A stretch of DNA of 20,000 nucleotides, from IMG/VR virus record IMGVR_UViG_3300020160_000566. One strand, 5' to 3'. Made by a program: the position numbers and the translations under genes. Each line of letters opens with the position of its first letter. Positions within the stretch are counted from its first letter, which is position 1. The notes beneath the pieces were generated by a model. The model did no database searches and was not told the DNA's origin. It saw only the letters and a program-made list of their open reading frames with translations. The stretch comes from an uncultured virus (IMG/VR IMGVR_UViG_3300020160_000566). Taxonomy: Duplodnaviria > Heunggongvirae > Uroviricota > Caudoviricetes > Crassvirales. Below are positions 9,295 through 16,674 of the stretch, piece after piece.

Positions 9295-10004
9295 ATCCTT
9301 ATAAAATTTAATCCTTTACTTTTTCCATTAGCAATAGGTCTCTCATGATTACTATTACCATTTACTGTTCTATAACTAGCATTAAATATTTCAGGGGTCT
9401 CCCACATATAGCATTCAATACCTGTTGTAAGCTCTCGAACCTTCATGGATGATTCTCTCCAAGCTTCTTTTTGTCTTTGCCTAGTTATTTCACTTATTTG
9501 TATTCCTCTTTCTTTTCTTGTTTCTGATATTTTTCTTTTAGTTTCTTCAGAATGCTTTCTGCCTGTTAAATATTCAATTAATCTTCTTTTTTGATCATCA
9601 GACATTTTCCAACCCTTATGAGATTCAGACATTTTCTTTAATGATTCAGGCGTATGCTTGCAACCTTTTCTAGGTGAAGGCCTACCCTTCATTATTTCTG
9701 AATGTCTTTTTCTATTTTCCTCCGATGGCTTATATCCAAATGCTCCTTCTCCGCCTAAAGTTATGTTACATAGATTATCAATTCCTATTGAATCAATTAA
9801 AAATTTTTCCATCTCTTTAGCTTCTTCTAGTGATATGTCTTTTGCAACAATATCAACTAATAATCCATACTTATTATAAACACGAGTCCAATATGGATTT
9901 CGTTTAGTTCTACGATATGGCCTTTTAGGATCTGTTGCTATCCCAACGTAATAAATATCACGTGTGCTTGGTTTCATATGTATGTAAACGAATGCCATTT
10001 TCTA
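9145..10004 (-). mobile_element. Putative homing cassette: stop codon + endonuclease gene + replacement 5' half of the target gene (~860 bp, boundaries approximate)
   Basis: Removing about 9145-10004 joins remnant codons 1-50 in frame to codons 51-118 of the downstream gene, giving one intact ORF. Confidence 0.72.
9291..9998 (-). CDS. Free-standing homing endonuclease, GIY-YIG-type nuclease domain plus NUMOD3 DNA-binding repeats
   Basis: N-terminal FVYIH...IYYVG...R...AKEMEKFLI...LCNITLGGEG (GIY-YIG variant with conserved R, E, N), then NUMOD3-like motifs GCKHTPESLKKMSESHKG and GRKHSEETKRKISE; more AT-rich than its flanks. Confidence 0.88.
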   Translation of the reverse strand: MAFVYIHMKPSTRDIYYVGIATDPKRPYRRTKRNPYWTRVYNKYGLLVDIVAKDISLEEAKEMEKFLIDSIGIDNLCNITLGGEGAFGYKPSEENRKRHSEIMKGRPSPRKGCKHTPESLKKMSESHKGWKMSDDQKRRLIEYLTGRKHSEETKRKISETRKERGIQISEITRQRQKEAWRESSMKVRELTTGIECYMWETPEIFNASYRTVNGNSNHERPIANGKSKGLNFIRI

Positions 10005-10154
10005 CAACCCAAGTTCGACAACTGCAGCCACTCCGTTTCCGTATGCTTCGTGTTTTTCTCCGTCAATGCCGTCAACCTCTACAAGTATGCCTTTGGCTTT
10101 AAGGTCTGCGAGTGCGGTGTCCTTGTTTTCGTATGTCAGTTTATATATGTTCAT
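10002..10154 (-). pseudogene. Truncated 50-aa 5' remnant of the gene interrupted by the endonuclease
   Basis: Not in the track. MNIYKLTYENKDTALADLKAKGILVEVDGIDGEKHEAYGNGVAAVVELGL*; TAATG overlap with the upstream gene; homologous to the N-terminus of 8938-9294. Confidence 0.85.
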
Positions 10155-11959
10155 TAGATAGTTGTTAGGGTGGCTAATTCGTCATTTGTTAGGCGGGTCT
10201 GCCAAAGGGCTGCGGCGTTAAAGTTTTGGTCTGATTGGTAAGCATTATAATAGTTACCAAAATCAATTTTATTCATTCCGCTTGGGACTGCTGAATACGC
10301 AGTTGTTGAACCAACCAAAGCCCCGTTTAAATAAAAAGCATAGTCATTGGCTTTCCAAGCTACAGCGACTTTGTGGCGGCCATTTGTAAGTGTTGAAGAA
10401 GAATTACTCCATCCCGTAAATGAAGGAGTATTCCAAATTGCGGCTTCTAACGTATTGTTAGTTACATACAAATAAACGGAATTATTAAAAGCAGCACTTC
10501 CCGTATTGTTTAACGAAAGTAGAATAGTGAAATTTGCGTCAAAGTTTACATAAGCATCAACAAACAAAGTCCCCTCCGTTTGACCGATAAGCGAACTAAT
10601 ACCCGTCTTTGATATTACGTCAGCGTTGCGTGTTACACTTGCAGAGGTTGTTGGTATGTAGGATGTTTGATAATTTCCGAGTTCAATTTGAGCGCCCCAT
10701 ATAAGAAGGTCTTTGCCAGTTCCAGAATAGATTGGAAAATTGTTGTTAAGTAAAGCACCAGTAAATTGTGGTCTGTCACTTGTACCAATTATAGGGAAAT
10801 AATTAGCAGTACCGCTTGTCATAGTTCCAGTAACTGAACAACGATACCACCCATTGCCAACATTTTCTATTGATGCACTAATTGTTGCAGCGCCATTTGT
10901 TTTTGTATCTGTTACTGTTCCAGTTTGCAAATCAAATATAGCAGTATATGCATGAACATCACTGCTATTTGTTACACCTAAAACTAAATATCTTAATGTG
11001 TTTTGTTTGGCATAAGTTGAAAAAGCTCTTGATATAGCAAGGTCTCCGCTAAACGATTGATATATGATGTGTCTTGATAAATTTGAATCATCCGTAATTG
11101 TGTCAGCATCAAATATTCCACTTGGGGATGTTGATATATTACCAATTGAAGTTGCGTTTTCTTTTGCCCACCCCGCGTTATCAAAAGACGAACTATAAGT
11201 AAGTAGGTTTGTCCTTTGCGGTTCTACTAACAAACTTGGACAAGTACCGTTTGAGTAGTCAAGACGTGGTATGTTAAGTCTTGTTTCCGTTTTTTGGTAG
11301 GGTAGTGCGGTTGAGCCTTCGACTGCTTGAGCGCCCCAAATTAATAGTCCATTTGAGCCACTTGCAGTTGCATTTGTTGAATTGTTTGCGTCTGCTAATT
11401 GAGTAACATTGTAACCCGTAGAGCCATTTACTACTTTAGTTACGGAGCAACGATACCAACCATTTCCATAATTTTCAATAGTTGCAGTACAACCCGAAGT
11501 AATAGTTCCTATTGTACCATTTGAAACATTAAACCAAGCACCTACATTTCCGTCTATATGGTGGAGAATAACCCAATTAAACCCGTCTGATTTTACAAAA
11601 CAAGTATTTGTGTAAGCTATCCCCACAGTTGTAGGAAAAGCTCTTTCAACCCATTTGGATATTCCCGTAGATATAGGAGTTATTTTATCTGCGTCTTGAA
11701 TACCACTTGGCGAAATTGAATTATTTGCAGTTATTGTTGTTCCGCTTTTACTCCAATAAGCATTGTCAAACTGCTCTGAATACCCTACAAGGTTATAAGG
11801 CACTAACTCAACCAACCCCGCAGAGTTAACTCTTGTTGCTGTTGTTGCTCTTGTTACGGACATATCGCCCGAACCATCGGACGGAATAACGGAGTAAAGT
11901 TTGCCCTCAGAATACGCATTTGGCGTAACGCAAAGACTAGCCTGTGATAATAGACTCAT
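10154..11959 (-). CDS. Head-spike-fibre-like protein with two carbohydrate-binding-like repeats and a C-terminal LamG/ConA-like domain
   Basis: Motifs TRATTATRVNSAGLVE, PRLDY...LLVEPQRTNLL, SYIPTTSASVTRNAD; duplicated unit NL..YS..FDNA.W...SPSG..DAD.I...IEN.GNGWYRCSVT...LLIWGAQ; C-terminal HKVAVAW...FYLNG...LTNDELATLT. Confidence 0.72.
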   Translation of the reverse strand: MSLLSQASLCVTPNAYSEGKLYSVIPSDGSGDMSVTRATTATRVNSAGLVELVPYNLVGYSEQFDNAYWSKSGTTITANNSISPSGIQDADKITPISTGISKWVERAFPTTVGIAYTNTCFVKSDGFNWVILHHIDGNVGAWFNVSNGTIGTITSGCTATIENYGNGWYRCSVTKVVNGSTGYNVTQLADANNSTNATASGSNGLLIWGAQAVEGSTALPYQKTETRLNIPRLDYSNGTCPSLLVEPQRTNLLTYSSSFDNAGWAKENATSIGNISTSPSGIFDADTITDDSNLSRHIIYQSFSGDLAISRAFSTYAKQNTLRYLVLGVTNSSDVHAYTAIFDLQTGTVTDTKTNGAATISASIENVGNGWYRCSVTGTMTSGTANYFPIIGTSDRPQFTGALLNNNFPIYSGTGKDLLIWGAQIELGNYQTSYIPTTSASVTRNADVISKTGISSLIGQTEGTLFVDAYVNFDANFTILLSLNNTGSAAFNNSVYLYVTNNTLEAAIWNTPSFTGWSNSSSTLTNGRHKVAVAWKANDYAFYLNGALVGSTTAYSAVPSGMNKIDFGNYYNAYQSDQNFNAAALWQTRLTNDELATLTTI

Positions 11960-12111
11960 GATAAGCTATTTAGAAATGATATTAAACAGTTTTGTGCCTC
12001 AAATGTACCGCCATCAGCTTGAACTCTGTTGATGAACAACATTGTGATATAGTTAGGCTGACCCATAAAGTCATTCCCTATGGCGTTTGATATGGAGATC
12101 TGAATGTTCAT
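11956..12111 (-). CDS. 51-aa hypothetical protein with an RVxxDGGxFEAxxCL motif
   Basis: Not in the track. MNIQISISNAIGNDFMGQPNYITMLFINRVQADGGTFEAQNCLISFLNSLS*; starts 1 nt after the upstream stop and has an ATGA overlap downstream. Confidence 0.8.
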   Translation of the reverse strand: MNIQISISNAIGNDFMGQPNYITMLFINRVQADGGTFEAQNCLISFLNSLS

Positions 12112-12112
12112 A

Positions 12113-12586
12113 CTACCAAAGAGCTACAATGTTTGACGCTGTAGTACTTGTTGAAAATACTTTTGATACTTGAACAGGAAGGAATGTACCTCCTAGAACA
12201 TTATAGAATATAATGTCATCTCCTGCGTGTGTTTGAACACGTAGATTACCTCCTGAGCCAATATATAACACACAAGCCTCACTTTTTTGGTTTTGGCTAT
12301 ACAGCTTGTACGTCTTTGAAGTACCTGTGAAAATGTTAGCATTTAGCAATAATCTAGTACTGTCAACAACTTTAGTAACAGTAGCAGCTAACCCATCTGT
12401 AATATTGTAAACAACATCTCCAATAGAAACATTTAATGCCTGAAAATTAACATCAGTATCCTCAAGTTCATTAGCAACAACATTGTTATTTACGCCTTGA
12501 ACAATTAATGCCGGTGAGGGTATATTAGCGTTGTCAGACTTGATTACGTCTAATGCTCTTGATACCTGTAGTTTTTGATATGCCAT
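12113..12586 (-). CDS. Head-spike base protein-like (RcGTA Rcc01079-like) with an internal inserted domain
   Basis: C-terminal LYIGSGGNLRV...GDDIIFYNV..GTFLPVQVSKVFSTSTTASNIVALW matches the spike-base pattern as I recall it; lies upstream of the spike-fibre-like gene. Confidence 0.7.
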   Translation of the reverse strand: MAYQKLQVSRALDVIKSDNANIPSPALIVQGVNNNVVANELEDTDVNFQALNVSIGDVVYNITDGLAATVTKVVDSTRLLLNANIFTGTSKTYKLYSQNQKSEACVLYIGSGGNLRVQTHAGDDIIFYNVLGGTFLPVQVSKVFSTSTTASNIVALW

Positions 12587-12605
12587 GTCTTTTTAATTTA
12601 TAAGA

Positions 12606-12613
12606 CAAAGATA
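12606..12613 (-). promoter_or_regulatory. Bacteroidota-type -7 element (TATCTTTG)
   Basis: TAnnTTTG 20 nt upstream of the ATG at 12586, just after a terminator. Confidence 0.65.
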
Positions 12614-12630
12614 GGCAATATTTTAAAACG

Positions 12631-12652
12631 AAAAAGCCACCTTAAGGTGGCT
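12631..12652 (-). terminator. Rho-independent terminator
   Basis: Minus strand AGCCACC-TTAA-GGTGGCT followed by TTTT, downstream of the stop at 12674. Confidence 0.85.
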
Positions 12653-12673
12653 CTAATTTCCGTAGTAGGTTAT

Positions 12674-13144
12674 TTATTCGTAAACTTGAATAGAAAGTCT
12701 AGCTCCACTTAGATATCCATCTGCAGCAGCTCCTGTTGCAGGGTTCTTTGTAACAATGTCAATTCTATCAAGATCCCAATTTAATGTTAGACCGGCAACA
12801 CCAACTGGGCTAGCTGGATTTGATCCTTGTAAAGTAAGAGTAGCTATTGTTTTAGCAGTAAATGTTCCAGCAGGAAATAAAAATGTATAGCTACCTACAT
12901 TATTTCTATTTATAGTTGTTGGATCAAAATCAGTAACAATGTCAGTTGCTACTGGAGGATTTGTTCCTGACTGATCAAGAACAACAATATACATTTGAGG
13001 AGCTAATGAAACTCCTGCAGTATCAATGATATCTTGCATTGTATACGGTTGACTCTCATTGTTGATTAACGCTGAGCGACGCTCTACAGTCTGATATGTA
13101 GATGCTAAGCCAATAAACTTAGTGCCTGATGGGATAATTGCCAT
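12674..13144 (-). CDS. Hypothetical protein, probably virion structural/decoration
   Basis: 156 aa, T/G/A-rich with beta-like C-half; has its own promoter and terminator. Confidence 0.65.
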   Translation of the reverse strand: MAIIPSGTKFIGLASTYQTVERRSALINNESQPYTMQDIIDTAGVSLAPQMYIVVLDQSGTNPPVATDIVTDFDPTTINRNNVGSYTFLFPAGTFTAKTIATLTLQGSNPASPVGVAGLTLNWDLDRIDIVTKNPATGAAADGYLSGARLSIQVYE

Positions 13145-13159
13145 GATTTATTTTTTTTA

Positions 13160-13167
13160 CAAATATA
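13160..13167 (-). promoter_or_regulatory. Bacteroidota-type -7 element (TATATTTG)
   Basis: TAnnTTTG 16 nt upstream of the ATG at 13144. Confidence 0.62.
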
Positions 13168-13171
13168 CGTG

Positions 13172-13339
13172 TTATTTTTGATAAGGAAACATCCTGTTAA
13201 GGGCATCCTTACGCTTGTTGCAACCGCAATCCTTGCCCGAAGCCTTAGCGACTGTGTCAACGACCTTCTTGATGCCTGTCGCTGTAGTGATCTTCTCAAC
13301 TGTGTCGCCTAGTCCGCGGCTTCTACTTGTTAGCTTCAT
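13172..13339 (-). CDS. 55-aa small basic phage protein (GLGD...TGIK...DCGC...RK..LN..FPY)
   Basis: Not in the track. MKLTSRSRGLGDTVEKITTATGIKKVVDTVAKASGKDCGCNKRKDALNRMFPYQK*; TAATG coupling upstream; pattern familiar from aquatic phages. Confidence 0.85.
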   Translation of the reverse strand: MKLTSRSRGLGDTVEKITTATGIKKVVDTVAKASGKDCGCNKRKDALNRMFPYQK

Positions 13340-13434
13340 TACTTCTTAGCAGTTTTCTTCATTGTTGTATACACCTTAGGGGCCTGCTTAGCAGTTTTTG
13401 CTCCCATCTTTGTACCGCAGCTTGACTTTTTCAT
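13339..13434 (-). CDS. 31-aa lysine-rich peptide
   Basis: Not in the track. MKKSSCGTKMGAKTAKQAPKVYTTMKKTAKK*; fills the gap exactly between neighbours. Confidence 0.65.
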   Translation of the reverse strand: MKKSSCGTKMGAKTAKQAPKVYTTMKKTAKK

Positions 13435-13436
13435 AT

Positions 13437-13781
13437 TTATCTTTTTTTAACGTTACTTACTCTATTTCCCATCCCTACTATTGACTTCTCAGCCTTCTTG
13501 GCCGCAAGCTTGGATGGGCTCATCTCTGATTTTGTGACAGGCGTCTTAGCAGACACTCTCTTGGACGGTCGGCAGTACTCGTTGCTTCCACCACCACCAC
13601 AGGCCTTACCTGTGCGTGTGTCAACCCACTTCTCCTTCTCCCATCTCTTAAGACTAGCTCCCTTCTCAGTCTTCTTTACGTTTCCTGATGCCTTACGGCA
13701 CTTAGCAATAGCCTGCGAAGCTCGAGCTGAGGGGAACACATCATAAGATGCCTTTACTTTCTTGTAGCAAGCGTCTTTCAT
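13437..13781 (-). CDS. Small basic Cys-containing phage protein
   Basis: 114 aa, K/R-rich, with DACY.KVK..Y.VFPSA.AS...LKRW.KEKWVD...CG...YCRPSKRVS.KTP pattern; TAATG coupling. Confidence 0.78.
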   Translation of the reverse strand: MKDACYKKVKASYDVFPSARASQAIAKCRKASGNVKKTEKGASLKRWEKEKWVDTRTGKACGGGGSNEYCRPSKRVSAKTPVTKSEMSPSKLAAKKAEKSIVGMGNRVSNVKKR

Positions 13782-14071
13782 TAGTACTTGCCTCTCTTAC
13801 TTGATGGTGATGACTTGGTTGAGCCTCCGGGACCTGCCCAAAGCTTCTTACACGCCCAATATCTTGGCGTGAGTTTGTCATTGGCAGTGTCACAGCTGTG
13901 GCGAGCCTTGAATGATTTGCGTGCTGCAGCGCTATAATTATGGCCGTAGCCCTTAGCACCAAAATGCAGTAGCTTCTCAGTGCCTCCTGAGCACGCCTTC
14001 ACCATCATCTTCTTACCTGCGCGGTCAGAAGGACGTGGGGAGTTGCATTTCATCTTGCTTTTGTCAGCCAT
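13781..14071 (-). CDS. Small basic phage protein (RKSFKARHxC...RYWAC motif)
   Basis: 96 aa with HFGAKGY...ARKSFKARHSC...TPRYWACKKLW; pattern widespread in aquatic viruses, function unknown. Confidence 0.78.
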   Translation of the reverse strand: MADKSKMKCNSPRPSDRAGKKMMVKACSGGTEKLLHFGAKGYGHNYSAAARKSFKARHSCDTANDKLTPRYWACKKLWAGPGGSTKSSPSSKRGKY

Positions 14072-14074
14072 ATC

Positions 14075-14332
14075 TTAGTTTCTTGATCGTCTGTAACCGC
14101 CGGGCATCTTCATACCCACTGAACTGCCGAGCTGTGCGAGGCCGCGCTCCGCGTAAGCCGCTGCAATATTGCGCTTTTTGCGTCCCACGTCGTTTTTGAC
14201 GGCATATTTCGCATCCAAAAGCTTCATTGCCTGCGCATTTTTCACATTTAGCGCATCTAATGTAGCCTTTAGGTTCTCTGTCTTCTCAGAAGTAGGCACT
14301 TTTTTGGTTTCTTCTTTTTTATCTTCGGCCAT
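14075..14332 (-). CDS. Hypothetical protein
   Basis: 85 aa; first gene after a TAnnTTTG element, 3 nt before the next gene. Confidence 0.65.
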   Translation of the reverse strand: MAEDKKEETKKVPTSEKTENLKATLDALNVKNAQAMKLLDAKYAVKNDVGRKKRNIAAAYAERGLAQLGSSVGMKMPGGYRRSRN

Positions 14333-14351
14333 TAGTTGTAATTTTACACAA

Positions 14352-14359
14352 CAAATTTA
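14352..14359 (-). promoter_or_regulatory. Bacteroidota-type -7 element (TAAATTTG)
   Basis: TAnnTTTG 20 nt upstream of the ATG at 14332. Confidence 0.6.
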
Positions 14360-14374
14360 ATAAAATTTAATAAC

Positions 14375-14818
14375 ATGGATGACTACCTAAAGTATTGGAA
14401 GGTAATACGCCAATATGTCAAGATAAAGTATGGTCTAAACCAAGCGGATCTTGATATGATATTGTTTCTCTACTCAGAGGCGTACTTCAATAAGGATAAG
14501 TTTGATGAGTTTACCCGTCTAGTTGGATGGGACTCGAAGCGCTTCAAGCGAATGCTCAAAGAGGGGTGGCTTGAGTCGTTCCGCAAGACTGACCCAAAAA
14601 CAAATAGGAGAGCCCTGTATAAGCTCTCCTTTAAAGCGAAGCATCTTGTGACGCTGATCTATAAATACCTAAGTGGTGAGCAGCTCATCGCTGAGTCTTA
14701 CGTCAACAACCCACTAATGCTCAGAAAAAACAAGCGATACCGCGATGCTGTGATGAGAGGTGCCGTGCTAAAGCTCAACGACTCTATACGACAACAACAA
14801 CATCTCGCTCGTGAATGA
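14375..14818 (+). CDS. Winged-helix (MarR-like) DNA-binding protein
   Basis: YGLNQADLDMILFLY...RFKRMLKEGWLESFR...RALYKLSFKAKHLV resembles the MarR-type helix/HTH/wing layout; the only credible plus-strand gene in the late region. Confidence 0.6.
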   Translation: MDDYLKYWKVIRQYVKIKYGLNQADLDMILFLYSEAYFNKDKFDEFTRLVGWDSKRFKRMLKEGWLESFRKTDPKTNRRALYKLSFKAKHLVTLIYKYLSGEQLIAESYVNNPLMLRKNKRYRDAVMRGAVLKLNDSIRQQQHLARE

Positions 14819-15041
14819 TGGTGTACGGCTTGTCCTTGATCACCATCGTGTAGGAGTGCCCCTTGTCGTAGTAAATCTCGTCACCTGACTTGATAGCCGC
14901 CACCTCAGTGCCCGCCACCACGACCTTGCCAATCTTGTAGCGAAAGTCATTGGCGTCATGTGCGCTCAATAGGAGGCCTGACTCAGTCTTGACCTCCTTT
15001 TCAATTGTCTCAATTATGATATTCTTCCCGATTGCGATCAT
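14784..15041 (-). CDS. groES: Co-chaperonin GroES (Cpn10)
   Basis: Mobile loop EVKTESGLLLS, GKVVVAG..V..IKSGDEIYY, Y.IIHERDVVVV; coupled to groEL by an ATGA overlap. Confidence 0.88.
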   Translation of the reverse strand: MIAIGKNIIIETIEKEVKTESGLLLSAHDANDFRYKIGKVVVAGTEVAAIKSGDEIYYDKGHSYTMVIKDKPYTIIHERDVVVVV

Positions 15042-16657
15042 TGTGCTTGGTATGTTCGCGCCATTGTGATAATGGCGTCAGTTGATAAAATTGTCGTAGC
15101 CACACTCACAGCGTTCTGTAGCGCGCTTCTTGTCACCTTGAACGGGTCAATGACACCCATCTGCAATAGGTCACCGTAGCTATTTGTCTTCAAGTTGTAC
15201 CCATACCCATCAGCGAAATGGCCATCACCAAACTGATAGATGTCCTCAAACTTAAGGCCGGCATTCTCAAGAATTTGCTTCACAGGTGTCATCAACGCCC
15301 TGCTCATGATCTCAAACGCAATATGAAGCTCAGCACTGTCAGCCTGCATGCCATTGAACGCAATAGACTCTTCAAGTAGTGCCTTGCCACCACCCGGTAG
15401 CACACCCTCCTCCAAGGCAGAGCGAACTGCACACACAGCATCATCGACCCTGTCGTACAACTCCTTCTGCTCAATGTCAGTAGTACCACCTACGAAGATG
15501 ACACCAACGCCCCCTGTGAGTGATGCAATGCGCGACAGAATAAAGTCCTTCTCATGCTTCTTTGTCGCCTCACCATGCGCAGCCCATAGCTGCTCCACAC
15601 GCTGAGCCAATGCCTCCTCGTCAGTGCGCAACGGTGAGTTGATGATCACAGTGTTCTGCGAGTCCACAATAATTTTGGCAGCATGACCAAGGTCAGCATA
15701 CGTCATCAGACTCAAGTCATCACCTGTCTTCTCACTAAAATACTTGGCACCCACCGCTAGGGCAATGTCACCCATCAGCTCATGCTTCTTGTATCCAAAG
15801 TTAGGCGGCTCAATAGCACACAACTTGAGGTTGCTTTTGGCTACGTTCGCTGCTAATGTGTTGACCACTTGTGGCGCACATGGCGCAATGATTAATAGGC
15901 GTTTGCCATCTTTAATAATTGGCCTGAGAATATTCTCCAACTGCAAAATATTATGGATCTCAGCGTCACACACCAAGACCATCGCATCCTCGAACACACA
16001 CTCATCACGCTTGTGGTCGTTGATGAAGTACGGTGAGTAATACCCACGCTGTACCTTGAAGCCATGAGTGCTCTCAGCATATGTCTCATTAGTCTGCGAC
16101 TTCTCAACGGTCACAATACCGTTCGTGCCAATCTCATTATAAACTCGTGATATGATTCCACCAATGTGCTTGTCATTGTTCGCAGATATTGTCGCCACGT
16201 CATTGAGCATCTTCTTGGTGACCTTCTTCTTCTTCTTCTTTAAACTCTCCACGACCTCATCAGATATCTCCACCATGTGGCGTAGCACTTGTATGCGGTT
16301 CAAGTCAGCCGTAATGAGATCATCACCCGCCTTGACCAAGGCCTCCGTCAGCACAATGGCAGTAGTCGTGCCATCACCCGCGTTCGTAGCAGTCTTGTCA
16401 GCAGCCTCCTTCATCATCCTCACAGCCAAGTTCTCAACCGGATCAATCAAGTCAACAGACTTCGCGACAGTCACACCATCCTTCGTTACTGTAATACCAC
16501 TCGTATGATTCGCTGACTCGATCAGCACAGTGTTGCCCCTTGGGCCTAAAGTGCTCTTGACAGCACCTGCGATTTTTGTGATTCCACTAATGAGCCTCGC
16601 TCGCCCATCATCCCCGAAACGTATGTCCTTCGGAGAGTAACCTAAGTTCTCAGTCAT
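15038..16657 (-). CDS. groEL: Chaperonin GroEL (Cpn60), phage-encoded
   Basis: AVKSTLGPRG, ITVTKDGVTVAK, AGDGTTTA, ATISANND, EEGVLPGGG, GVIDPFKVTRSALQNAVSVA motifs. Confidence 0.97.
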   Translation of the reverse strand: MTENLGYSPKDIRFGDDGRARLISGITKIAGAVKSTLGPRGNTVLIESANHTSGITVTKDGVTVAKSVDLIDPVENLAVRMMKEAADKTATNAGDGTTTAIVLTEALVKAGDDLITADLNRIQVLRHMVEISDEVVESLKKKKKKVTKKMLNDVATISANNDKHIGGIISRVYNEIGTNGIVTVEKSQTNETYAESTHGFKVQRGYYSPYFINDHKRDECVFEDAMVLVCDAEIHNILQLENILRPIIKDGKRLLIIAPCAPQVVNTLAANVAKSNLKLCAIEPPNFGYKKHELMGDIALAVGAKYFSEKTGDDLSLMTYADLGHAAKIIVDSQNTVIINSPLRTDEEALAQRVEQLWAAHGEATKKHEKDFILSRIASLTGGVGVIFVGGTTDIEQKELYDRVDDAVCAVRSALEEGVLPGGGKALLEESIAFNGMQADSAELHIAFEIMSRALMTPVKQILENAGLKFEDIYQFGDGHFADGYGYNLKTNSYGDLLQMGVIDPFKVTRSALQNAVSVATTILSTDAIITMARTYQAQ

Positions 16658-16674
16658 ATAAAATTTAATTTAAG

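Noticed and set aside
9291..10004. Group I intron or intein housing the endonuclease
   Set aside because: The ORF fills the interval (3-nt gap upstream, overlap downstream), leaving no room for a ribozyme core; no intein terminal motifs; the duplicated N-terminus makes splicing unnecessary.
10002..10004. Genome-wide TAG recoding (code 15) fusing remnant and nuclease
   Set aside because: TAG is a normal stop elsewhere, e.g. after the expected ALW C-terminus at 12113 and at 19234; long genes have no internal TAG.
295..16516. Shadow ORFs in the track (e.g. 295..552, 619..915, 2562..2852, 4962..5336, 9658..9879, 13105..13299, 13498..13746, 13741..13962, 15348..16516)
   Set aside because: Antisense or out-of-frame overlaps of well-supported genes with no recognisable motifs; 13105..13299 is displaced by the better 13172..13339 ORF.
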